Virus record (IMG/VR): IMGVR_UViG_3300033802_000250
Direction: 5' to 3' (one strand)
DNA: 64,000 nucleotides
Source of the DNA: a virus
Lineage: Duplodnaviria > Caudoviricetes
Shown here: positions 50,527 to 57,931 of the stretch, piece after piece
Layout of the letters: every line of letters starts with the position of its first letter
Numbering within the stretch: the first letter of the stretch is position 1
Translations under genes and position numbers: made by a program
Notes under the pieces: generated by a model
Databases searched by the model: none
Told to the model about the DNA's origin: nothing
The model's input: the letters and a program-made list of their open reading frames with translations, nothing else

Positions 50527-50564
50527 GTTACTGATAGTATCTCCACATGTAACGGTGATTATGC
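50527..50564 (-). promoter_or_regulatory. sigmaF-type promoter with GTTAC-N17-GTAAC palindrome
   Basis: GCATA-N15-GGAGATACTA. Confidence 0.65.
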
Positions 50565-50629
50565 AGAGCAAAGCTCCTCGGGACACCGAGGAGCCGCCCA
50601 ACATTTGCTATTCAGGTTTGCCACGCCCT

Positions 50630-50667
50630 GTTACTTGCAGTATTACCGAATGAAATACAGATTATGC
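50630..50667 (-). promoter_or_regulatory. sigmaF-type promoter with half-degenerate palindrome
   Basis: GCATA-N15-GGTAATACTG followed by GTAAC. Confidence 0.55.
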
Positions 50668-51045
50668 GTACACTTCACGATAAACCTTGCTATTCGGCTT
50701 GAAGAACATGTCGTATATAACTTTGCGTAATCGACGATTGCCAAATAGATCAGCCGAAGGAACCGGTCGTTTGTGGTCGATATACATCGTGATAATAGTA
50801 CGCTTCCTGTTGTCAATGACAATGTTCCAATCGAAATAATACCTAACTTCGATGTCCTCGCCTTTGCCCGGTCTGCCGTGTATGGAAAACAACAACATGT
50901 AATTTGCCCGGCGGGCGAGTTCTTTCATCGTCGCCTGTTTTATGCGGCGGGCCGTCTTCTTGCATCCGACCCGCTCGCACATTCGCTGGCGATAGCGGTT
51001 AAGCAAATGATATGTCGGAGTGTAGTAACCGTACTCGTACCGCAT
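50662..51045 (-). CDS. Hypothetical basic protein, possibly RelE-like RNase fold
   Basis: TYHLLNRYRQR...VIDN...IITMY pattern. Confidence 0.45.
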   Translation of the reverse strand: MRYEYGYYTPTYHLLNRYRQRMCERVGCKKTARRIKQATMKELARRANYMLLFSIHGRPGKGEDIEVRYYFDWNIVIDNRKRTIITMYIDHKRPVPSADLFGNRRLRKVIYDMFFKPNSKVYREVYA

Positions 51046-51069
51046 TACACCTGCTCCTTGTGGCTGAAT

Positions 51070-51480
51070 TTATCCCTCCTCGTCTCCATCGGGCGTTGCG
51101 TCCAATTCGTTGAGCTTGGCATACATCGCCTCGTGGTCGAAGGAGTACACCTCGTTGCCCTGCGAATCAAATATGCGAGCATCGTCGGTATCGGGATCGA
51201 AGTTATCAAACAACTCCTTGTTCATCTCGTCGATAAGCTGTTGCAAATCGACACTGAGCGATACTCTGGAGACGATGCCGCCCCACTGGTAAACTGCAAC
51301 GTATGGAAGGACTGTGGAGTCCTGAATAGCCACAGATACGACACGATGGTGAATCATGTCTTGTTCTTTGTTGGACTGGTCGGCCTGCTGATTGGCGCTG
51401 TTGATATCGAGCCACGCGGTTTGAATGACATCTTCCGTATCGCCATTCTCGTGGCCCACGACCAGATGAATATCAGCCAT
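51070..51480 (-). CDS. Hypothetical acidic protein
   Basis: GAGGTG SD before MADIHL. Confidence 0.6.
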   Translation of the reverse strand: MADIHLVVGHENGDTEDVIQTAWLDINSANQQADQSNKEQDMIHHRVVSVAIQDSTVLPYVAVYQWGGIVSRVSLSVDLQQLIDEMNKELFDNFDPDTDDARIFDSQGNEVYSFDHEAMYAKLNELDATPDGDEEG

Positions 51481-51485
51481 CGAAA

Positions 51486-52172
51486 TCACCTCTCCTCCAT
51501 TATACCAGACAATTGACGCCATTTTGTAACGGCTTTGCGGATGTCACCCATCATCTGCTTGAACGCGGTCTTGAAATCTTCACCCTTCTGCCGAATAACA
51601 TAGCTCGGGTGGAAGGTGTGAATGACATAGATGGGCCACGCGAAGTCTTCGATCTTCCTCCATCTGCCGCGTTCCCGGGTGATCTTCAGATCGTAGTCAT
51701 TCATGACACTGTGCATCGCCGGATTGCCGAGCGTGACGATCACCTTCGGTTTGATCCACTGGATCTCACTGAGCAGATGCCGCTGACATTTCTTGATTTC
51801 TTCTTTCGTTGGCGTTCGGTTCTTCTCCGGCCTGCACTTGACGGCGTTCGTGATGTAGATATCCTTCCGCTCCACCTCAAGTTTGTTCAGCATGAGCGTA
51901 AGCAACTGTCCGGTGTCACCGACAAATGGAACGCCTTTCTTATCTTCGTCCACGCCGGGTGCTTCGCCGACAAACATGATGCCAGATGAAAAGGATCCAA
52001 ATCCCGGCACCGGCGCGTTACAGGTTTCGCTGAGCGAACACTTTGAGCAGACAAGCACATCGCGTTCGATTTCGTTTCTCATGCGTACACTCTGCATCGC
52101 GGCGACATGGGCCAGCCGGACAACATCCGGCTTGAGGCCGAGCGCAAGCAGACGTTTGTTGGTTTCAGCCAA
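51486..52172 (-). CDS. Family-4 uracil-DNA glycosylase (4Fe-4S)
   Basis: CSKC, FVGEAPG, GVPFVG, NAVKCRP, C, FHPS; TTG start likely. Confidence 0.92.
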   Translation of the reverse strand: MAETNKRLLALGLKPDVVRLAHVAAMQSVRMRNEIERDVLVCSKCSLSETCNAPVPGFGSFSSGIMFVGEAPGVDEDKKGVPFVGDTGQLLTLMLNKLEVERKDIYITNAVKCRPEKNRTPTKEEIKKCQRHLLSEIQWIKPKVIVTLGNPAMHSVMNDYDLKITRERGRWRKIEDFAWPIYVIHTFHPSYVIRQKGEDFKTAFKQMMGDIRKAVTKWRQLSGIMEER

Positions 52173-52446
52173 AGTAATGCCCCTCCTTGTGCCACAGTTC
52201 TGCGGCAACGCTGTCTTCAACCGGCTCCGCGCCGCGCGGAATCCGGCCCACATCTGTCGGCAAAGTCGGGTCAATGGCACGGAAATAACCGTTGATATAC
52301 GCTCCGGCATAGTTCGTCAGCGGATGTACCCTGCGCTGAATCGTCCACAACTTTTGATGTTTGCCGCCGCATTTCGGACAGACAAAATCCTCGCCGTCTT
52401 TGACAACATAGATACGGGCTCGATTGGATCGGAGTTGTGTCATCAT
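52165..52446 (-). CDS. Hypothetical protein
   Basis: GGAGG SD; CPKC. Confidence 0.5.
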   Translation of the reverse strand: MMTQLRSNRARIYVVKDGEDFVCPKCGGKHQKLWTIQRRVHPLTNYAGAYINGYFRAIDPTLPTDVGRIPRGAEPVEDSVAAELWHKEGHYFG

Positions 52447-52449
52447 GAG

Positions 52450-52662
52450 TTATACGCCTCCGATCAGATCATAGATCTCTGTCCGGTAGTTTTCGTAGAC
52501 CCATTCCGCCAACTTATTGTCGTCTGCCCGGCATTCTTCCGGGATGTCGTCGGCCTGTTCGTCTTGGAGACTGAACAGCATCTTGCCCTGCCGGTCGAAT
52601 ACATAGGCTTCATGACGAAGCAAGCTGTAGAACGCTGTGATCGGAATTTGTTGCTCTGCCAT
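52450..52662 (-). CDS. Hypothetical protein
   Basis: GGAGGG SD before MAEQQI. Confidence 0.5.
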   Translation of the reverse strand: MAEQQIPITAFYSLLRHEAYVFDRQGKMLFSLQDEQADDIPEECRADDNKLAEWVYENYRTEIYDLIGGV

Positions 52663-52704
52663 AAGAATCCCTCCTTCAAAAATAATCGGGGCCACTTGGG
52701 CCCT

Positions 52705-52959
52705 TTACGCAATAACTTCAATTCGGTGAATGTTGCTTACGGCCAGTTGCCGGATACCTTCAGATTCCGGGTCATATCCGACGACATGAAGTTTGTCAGC
52801 CCCACCGCGCACGCCGCGAACAAAGTGTATTGGCTTCAAGATGACTTGTCGGCCACCGCGTCCGGGAGTTAGATATTCGTATTCCACTTTCACCAGCCGA
52901 TTGTTGAGCCCAGCCTCGGCCAGCGTAATGATGATTTCATGTTGCTCCTTCGTAATCAT
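52705..52959 (-). CDS. Stand-alone WYL-like domain protein
   Basis: NNRLVKVEY...VILKP...VVGYDPESEGIRQLAVSNI. Confidence 0.55.
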   Translation of the reverse strand: MITKEQHEIIITLAEAGLNNRLVKVEYEYLTPGRGGRQVILKPIHFVRGVRGGADKLHVVGYDPESEGIRQLAVSNIHRIEVIA

Positions 52960-52981
52960 GGAAACCGGCCTCCTTTGTCGT

Positions 52982-53019
52982 GTTACCCATAGGATTACCG
53001 GTTGTAACGACGATTATAC
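52982..53019 (-). promoter_or_regulatory. sigmaF-type promoter with GTTAC-N17-GTAAC palindrome
   Basis: GTATA-N15-GGTAATCCTA. Confidence 0.6.
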
Positions 53020-53030
53020 ATACAAACAGC

Positions 53031-53065
53031 GAACCCCCTACGGGGATTTGTTCCGCAGGGGGTTC
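53031..53065 (-). terminator. Hairpin closing the tRNA-like array
   Basis: GAACCCCCT...AGGGGGTTC. Confidence 0.55.
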
Positions 53066-53075
53066 AGAAGGAGAC

Positions 53076-53175
53076 TGGCGGTGGGTAAGGAGTTGAACCT
53101 TCATCGACGCCCACAATGTTTCAACGCACGCCGCGTCAGATTTGTTGGCGACGCCGCCTGCCGGGCGGCCACCGC
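53076..53175 (-). ncRNA. tRNA-like RNA A (CCA end, T-arm, long non-anticodon stem)
   Basis: GCGGTGG/CCACCGC terminal stem, AAGG-TTCAACT-CCTT T-arm, 3' CCA. Confidence 0.55.
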
Positions 53176-53176
53176 A

Positions 53177-53265
53177 TGGTAGGGACGGGAGGGACTTGAA
53201 CACCTCCAGCACCTTTCAGTTGTCCCCGATCACTTCGGGGTGGCTTTACCATTGCCTACATCCCA
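53177..53265 (-). ncRNA. tRNA-like RNA B (atypical cloverleaf, nominal GTG anticodon)
   Basis: GGGATG/CGTCCC acceptor, GGC/GCC D-arm, CCCCG-AAGTGAT-CGGGG arm lacking U33, bulged T-stem, ACCA end. Confidence 0.6.
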
Positions 53266-53268
53266 TAG

Positions 53269-53346
53269 GGGCTCTCACTGAGGGAATCGAACACCCCGCG
53301 CGGCGTCTGCGCAGACTGCGACGCGCCATCCACCAGATGAGTGAGA
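53269..53346 (-). ncRNA. tRNA-like RNA C
   Basis: TCTCACT/AGTGAGA acceptor, CATC/GATG D-arm, bulged T-stem with TTCGATT loop; no canonical anticodon loop and no encoded CCA. Confidence 0.55.
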
Positions 53347-53347
53347 A

Positions 53348-53437
53348 TGGAGCGGGAGGGTGGATTTGAACCACCGAAGCTCCTCTGGAGCAGAGTCTTG
53401 CAGGACTCTTGCGTTTATCCGACTTCGCTACTCCCGC
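53348..53437 (-). tRNA. Type-II (long variable arm) tRNA with 8-nt anticodon loop CCTGCAAG and U73; Cys-like
   Basis: Perfect 7-bp acceptor, D-arm, AGAGT/ACTCT stem, GCTCC/GGAGC variable arm, GGTGG-TTCAAAT-CCACC T-arm, TCCA end. Confidence 0.7.
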
Positions 53438-53500
53438 AGAGTGTAACGACGCACCGAGAGGCAACCGCCCCCTTAGCACGCCGTTACAATATTGGCAGTT

Positions 53501-54043
53501 TTACCTGCCAATCCTCGCTTCTATACTACCATCCTTCTCCACAATCGTCAATACACAATTGCGGAATAGTAGTGAAGCGCGTGTTGCCTCGTTATCCGGC
53601 GTTTCCTTGCTGGAGAAGCCGATACCGGGGTCAACCTCGAAGTGATGCACATAATGGGTTTGTCCGTTACATTTGATCACCCACGGCGGGATGTTGTACG
53701 GATCCTCATTATGTTTTTTGTTGAAGTGCACCACCACTCGCGTCTTCTTGTCCACCTTCACCAATACTTGTTCCATGTCCGATACCTCCTGTTTGTGGAT
53801 AACTACGATTGTTCTTCCTTCGTCAGTTGTCATAAACGACACGTACGCTTTCGGAACAATGAAACAGGCCGGTGATCGGGCTTTGGGTCGAACTTTCGCA
53901 CGCATTCCGCACCCCGGAACCACCTTCACGCCATCTGCAAAGTAATGTTCTCCTTTGTAGAGAACAACCCACGGATGCGGATTGACGCGACAGAAGGTGA
54001 TAGGCTGATACGAGAAAACGACCTTGGCGGGCGAGCCGGGCAC
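53501..54043 (-). CDS. Hypothetical protein made of two tandem paralogous domains
   Basis: PWVVLYKGEHYF..V.PGCG vs PWVIKCNGQTHY..V.PGIG; internal AGGAGG SD before MEQ. Confidence 0.55.
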   Translation of the reverse strand: MPGSPAKVVFSYQPITFCRVNPHPWVVLYKGEHYFADGVKVVPGCGMRAKVRPKARSPACFIVPKAYVSFMTTDEGRTIVVIHKQEVSDMEQVLVKVDKKTRVVVHFNKKHNEDPYNIPPWVIKCNGQTHYVHHFEVDPGIGFSSKETPDNEATRASLLFRNCVLTIVEKDGSIEARIGR

Positions 54044-54122
54044 CTAACGAAAGTCCAGCTTCTCCTTCATCTGACATCACTCCTTGAAATGTATTTGGTA
54101 AACGCCTTGCGGCGGAGTACCC

Positions 54123-54797
54123 TTAGTCGGGCCATTCAATGGGGATATGTGATTGAATTGGAGGATCAAGTAGACGTTCTTCGGGCCAATTTTTGTCTAC
54201 TCTAGTCCTGAGAGTCTGATAATTTATACCACTACATTCAGACCATTCACTCATTGTTTTGGTTACGCCGTTAATCGTAATATAGCGTGTACATTCTCTG
54301 TTCCTTAATTGCTCCTTAGTTGTAGACCATTTACAATTAGACGGACTATATGGGCCATCACTCTCTATTCGATCAATGGTCTTACTGTCATCATAGCCAT
54401 TTTGAATTGCCCATTTGTAAAATTCATTAAAATCATCCCATTCAGGACAAACAGAAACACCTTTGGCACCATACCATTTGTAATCTTTACTGTTTGGATT
54501 ATTGCATCTTGTTCTCATGCCTTGCCAAATACGATACAATCGTGTTCCTTTTTGTAATCGACCGTTCTTCGATTGTCCATGCTTTGTGTACTTGATGGAT
54601 TTGATTGCACCTTCGCATTTTCTACATCTGGTCGCTTTAGGTATATCCTTTTGTATAATATTTCTAATTGTCCCGCATTTGCATCGACATGCCCATACTG
54701 GTCTGTTTGTCTTCAAGTTATGATCATATACTCGATGCAATACAGTCCAATCATTGTATTTCTGCCCTTTTTGAATGTCAAGTTTCTTCATGTGCAA
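54123..54797 (-). CDS. Free-standing HNH homing-type endonuclease
   Basis: CRCKCG...RLYRIWQGMRTRCNNPN...YGAKGVSVCPEW...TIDRI...YSPSNCKW; visibly AT-rich compared with flanks. Confidence 0.85.
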   Translation of the reverse strand: MHMKKLDIQKGQKYNDWTVLHRVYDHNLKTNRPVWACRCKCGTIRNIIQKDIPKATRCRKCEGAIKSIKYTKHGQSKNGRLQKGTRLYRIWQGMRTRCNNPNSKDYKWYGAKGVSVCPEWDDFNEFYKWAIQNGYDDSKTIDRIESDGPYSPSNCKWSTTKEQLRNRECTRYITINGVTKTMSEWSECSGINYQTLRTRVDKNWPEERLLDPPIQSHIPIEWPD

Positions 54798-54812
54798 TCA
54801 CCTTCAAAATCA

Positions 54813-54856
54813 TGGTGGCCTCGCTGGGGATCGAACCCGGGACACGCGATTTTAGA
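54813..54856 (-). pseudogene. 3' half of a tRNA (Phe-like)
   Basis: AAAATCGCGTGTC-CCGGGTTCGATCCCCAG-CGAGGCC-ACCA; no matching 5' half found. Confidence 0.6.
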
Positions 54857-54870
54857 TGGCAGAGGATAAA

Positions 54871-54946
54871 TGGTGCGCCCGGCAGGACTCGAACCTGCGC
54901 CTCCGATTTTAGAGATCGACGTTCTGACCAACTGAACTACGAGCGC
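54871..54946 (-). tRNA. Amber suppressor tRNA (anticodon CTA)
   Basis: 76-nt canonical cloverleaf: GCGCTCG/CGGGCGC, GTTC/GAAC, TCGAT-CT[CTA]AA-ATCGG, GCAGG-TTCGAGT-CCTGC, ACCA. Confidence 0.88.
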
Positions 54947-54950
54947 ATAT

Positions 54951-55039
54951 TGGGGAAACCGCGGACTCGAACCGCCGGACTCCGGTGGAGCGACCACCTT
55001 CAGGGAAACCCATCCCTTGATTAGTCCATTAGAATCCCA
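54951..55039 (-). ncRNA. tRNA-like RNA E
   Basis: GCGG-TTCGAGT-CCGC T-arm, CCA end, imperfect acceptor, internal GGACT/AGTCC stem enclosing two hairpins. Confidence 0.45.
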
Positions 55040-55040
55040 T

Positions 55041-55064
55041 AAAAGAGGCGGGCCTGAGCCCGCC
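55041..55064 (-). terminator. Intrinsic terminator after the 3D-domain gene
   Basis: GGCGGGC-TCAG-GCCCGCC followed by TCTTTT. Confidence 0.7.
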
Positions 55065-55087
55065 GAGCGTGATGTCCTTGGATGAGT

Positions 55088-55744
55088 TCAGACCGCCTCC
55101 GGCGGTATAACTTTGACAGTGACACGTTTGACACCGAAATCCAGCGCCTTCGATTTACTGTCCATCAGGATATCAATACGGTGGCCTTTGATGGCTCCGC
55201 CCGTATCTTCAGCAGTATAGATACCCCAACTTTCGCCGTCCACGAACAATTCCACTTTGCTATGTAACGGAATGATCTTTGGATCGACGGCAATAATCTT
55301 CGGCGTAGAACTTCGGATATCGAGCCCTGTCGCGGTGATGCCGGAACAGCCCTTACAATCCTTGGTGTATGCTGTTGCGATGACGTTGTATGTGCGTTTG
55401 GCTTCTTCGATAGCAAGGGCTTTTATCCGATAGGATTCTGCCTTCTTCTCCAACGATTCGATTTCGACCGCCTGTTCGGCGATCAGCGCATCCTTGATTT
55501 CGATTTCGCGTTCGAGGTCGCTGATATCGTCCTCAAGCTTGCGGATGTGGCCTTTCAAATCCTCCACATTGGAAGCAAGTGTCAGGGCGGCGTCTTGGGC
55601 CGTATCGACCATCACTCCCAATTCCTCGGCGTACTGGTACATATACCAGTTCAGCCAAGTCAATGCCATGATCACGAGGATCATGATCGGTACAGGCTTG
55701 ACAAGCCTTTTGTACCACGGCTTCCTAGTGTAGATTCTCTGCAT
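55088..55744 (-). CDS. 3D-domain (cell-wall lytic/SpsB-type) protein with TM and coiled coil
   Basis: ATAY...ITATG...IAVDPKIIPL...AEDTGGAIKGHRIDI. Confidence 0.9.
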   Translation of the reverse strand: MQRIYTRKPWYKRLVKPVPIMILVIMALTWLNWYMYQYAEELGVMVDTAQDAALTLASNVEDLKGHIRKLEDDISDLEREIEIKDALIAEQAVEIESLEKKAESYRIKALAIEEAKRTYNVIATAYTKDCKGCSGITATGLDIRSSTPKIIAVDPKIIPLHSKVELFVDGESWGIYTAEDTGGAIKGHRIDILMDSKSKALDFGVKRVTVKVIPPEAV

Positions 55745-55870
55745 TTCGTTTATTCCTTTCTTGGGTCAAATTTCCCGGCCTGCTGTTATGGACAAGCCGG
55801 GGATTTGGCTCAATAAGGACATCACTACTGCTGTATCGCCATTATACCACAAGCTGTCAAGTCGCCCGGT

Positions 55871-57655
55871 TTAATAGCCGTCATCTTCATCTTCCCACAG
55901 ATCGTCTCCGGGGTCGATCATGGCGGCACTTTGGGCGTTCTGAACAACCTGCGCAACCGCCGAGCCATTATTGCTTTTCGGTTGAGGTTGCGGATCAAAT
56001 TTGTCTTTGTCTTTGATGATGTTGAAGATTTTCTCGGCGTTAGCTTCGTCCAGATCCGCTACGGACGAGATTGTCGTGATACTATCACTGAACGGCTCAA
56101 CGCCTCCACGGGACGCCCATCCGTCGATGTTGATCAGGACTGTGGTGACGAAAAACTGCTTCTCCTCTTTCACCTTCTTAAAGTGATTAAGGAACTCTGG
56201 ACTGACCGCCGCCTGACCATCGGTGATAAACAGAATGTCGCCCTTCTTGTACAACGAGTCTTCCAGACACTTCAACGCCCGTTCCAGCGGCATCATGAAG
56301 TTCGTGCCGCCATCAGCATTCATCTCGGCGATGTCGAGAACGTCCTGCGGATCGAGTTCACCAGCACGGATGTCCTTGGTCTGAAGCACCTTGTCTTCAT
56401 ACGGGATATAAGCGAAATTTCGCTTCTCCTTCTGTGCGATTTCCAGCGTCGCAAGCGTAAGTGCGGTTGACCAGTCATCCTTGATGCCCCGCATGGAGCC
56501 GGACTTGTCATGACAGACAATGATCGGCCCGCGTCCGACGGTCTTGTTGTCTTCCTTCTTGTAAACCATCAGTTGCTTTTGATGATACCGCCGCATGAAG
56601 TCCTTCTTCATCACCGGATGTGTGAGCTTGGCAAGTTCGCTCGGCATGATGTTCTCCAGCTTGTTTCCGAGTTCAACCGTCTTGATCTCGTGACCATCCG
56701 GGATCCGCTTTTTCTTCTTGCGCATCGCCAGTGCTTTGAAACGCCCGATCAAGTCCGTGAGGTCTCTGAGCCGTCTGGAACGCCGCACCCGTTCGATAGC
56801 CTTCTTCCGCTGATCGAGGCTGATCTTGCGGTCGTGCGAGCCTTCGCCGAACCCCCACGCCTCAATGATGTCTTTCACTTCGCCAACCTGCACCGCCGCC
56901 GATTTGGTAGCCTGCTGAACGGCCTGTTGCATACCCTGCTGAAGCTGTTGCTGGCCGATATAGTTCTGCTCGTACGCTTCCACAATATCGTTCCAGTCCT
57001 GCTTGAGCTTCGCAAGCTCCATTGCCTGCTTCTTGGTCAAGCCCGGGCCGCCGGGGCCATTGAGCGCCTCCAGCGCGTCGATTTGCGATTGAATTTGCGA
57101 CATCTTGTTGAGCATCTCAATCAGTTCACCAGCGTCCGCGCCGTCCACATGCTGGCCGGTCTGCAACTTCTGGAGATATGCTTGCTTGTACTGCATGATC
57201 TTCTCCATCGCAGAAGTCTGGAGAACTTCCGTCCCGATGGCGGAGGCCAGCAGATCAAATTGCGTGTGCTTGCGGAGATTTTGATACTCCTCCGTCTCCA
57301 GCAGTTGGCCCATCAGCTTGTGGTTAAGTTGCGATTTTGCCATCACTTCGTCTTCGTCTTTCAGGTTGACGTTGTACTTGAACAGGCTGTTGAAGATATC
57401 CTCCGACAAATGGTCGAACGGAGCGTACTCCTGAAGGCCCGCTTCCAGATTGTCGGCCATTGCCGGATATCGCTGTACGCAATCGTGATAGATTTCACGG
57501 TCAATTTCATTGAGGTCAATGGAGTTCGGCGAGAGTTTCGTCGTCGGGTCTTCCTTGAGCCCGAGAATCTCATGGATCTTCTTGCCTCTGGCGGGCGCTT
57601 TCTCGACGATCTCCTCGCTGTCTTCGAGTTCAAAATCCTTGTCCATTACGTTCAC
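55871..57655 (-). CDS. vWA-domain protein (ViaA-like)
   Basis: MIDAS DKSGSM, GGTNF, ITDG. Confidence 0.85.
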   Translation of the reverse strand: MNVMDKDFELEDSEEIVEKAPARGKKIHEILGLKEDPTTKLSPNSIDLNEIDREIYHDCVQRYPAMADNLEAGLQEYAPFDHLSEDIFNSLFKYNVNLKDEDEVMAKSQLNHKLMGQLLETEEYQNLRKHTQFDLLASAIGTEVLQTSAMEKIMQYKQAYLQKLQTGQHVDGADAGELIEMLNKMSQIQSQIDALEALNGPGGPGLTKKQAMELAKLKQDWNDIVEAYEQNYIGQQQLQQGMQQAVQQATKSAAVQVGEVKDIIEAWGFGEGSHDRKISLDQRKKAIERVRRSRRLRDLTDLIGRFKALAMRKKKKRIPDGHEIKTVELGNKLENIMPSELAKLTHPVMKKDFMRRYHQKQLMVYKKEDNKTVGRGPIIVCHDKSGSMRGIKDDWSTALTLATLEIAQKEKRNFAYIPYEDKVLQTKDIRAGELDPQDVLDIAEMNADGGTNFMMPLERALKCLEDSLYKKGDILFITDGQAAVSPEFLNHFKKVKEEKQFFVTTVLINIDGWASRGGVEPFSDSITTISSVADLDEANAEKIFNIIKDKDKFDPQPQPKSNNGSAVAQVVQNAQSAAMIDPGDDLWEDEDDGY

Positions 57656-57663
57656 TTCCCTTC

Positions 57664-57701
57664 GTTACCATTAGTATCCCCAATGGTAACACGTCTTATA
57701 C
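57664..57701 (-). promoter_or_regulatory. sigmaF-type promoter with GTTAC-N17-GTAAC palindrome
   Basis: GTATA-N15-GGGGATACTA. Confidence 0.65.
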
Positions 57702-57911
57702 AAATTGGTCGAGGCCCACTTCCTCCCTGCTTACGCCGCGCCGCGCGATGAATGTATATTGATCGGGCTGAATGATGCGCCGATCTTTGTACTTGCCACG
57801 CGCCATTTGGTCGCTCTCACCAAGCCGCCAACCGCGCAACGTAACGCCGCCGGGCGTCTTAATGACATGATCGACGTAATTCACCTCTCTCGCAAACGAA
57901 ATCGGGGCCAT
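57696..57911 (-). CDS. Small hypothetical protein
   Basis: Fills the gap between the ATPase and vWA genes. Confidence 0.4.
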   Translation of the reverse strand: MAPISFAREVNYVDHVIKTPGGVTLRGWRLGESDQMARGKYKDRRIIQPDQYTFIARRGVSREEVGLDQFV

Positions 57912-57931
57912 TATGGCCCCGTGTCATGAAA

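Noticed and set aside
54813-54856. 3' half-tRNA as an integrase att site
   Set aside because: It does not duplicate the 3' end of any tRNA in the window and no integrase is present
55871-57655. vWA protein as Ro60/TROVE partnering Y-RNA-like elements
   Set aside because: Motifs and the adjacent MoxR/RavA-like ATPase fit ViaA; no TROVE domain or Ro-binding helix recognised
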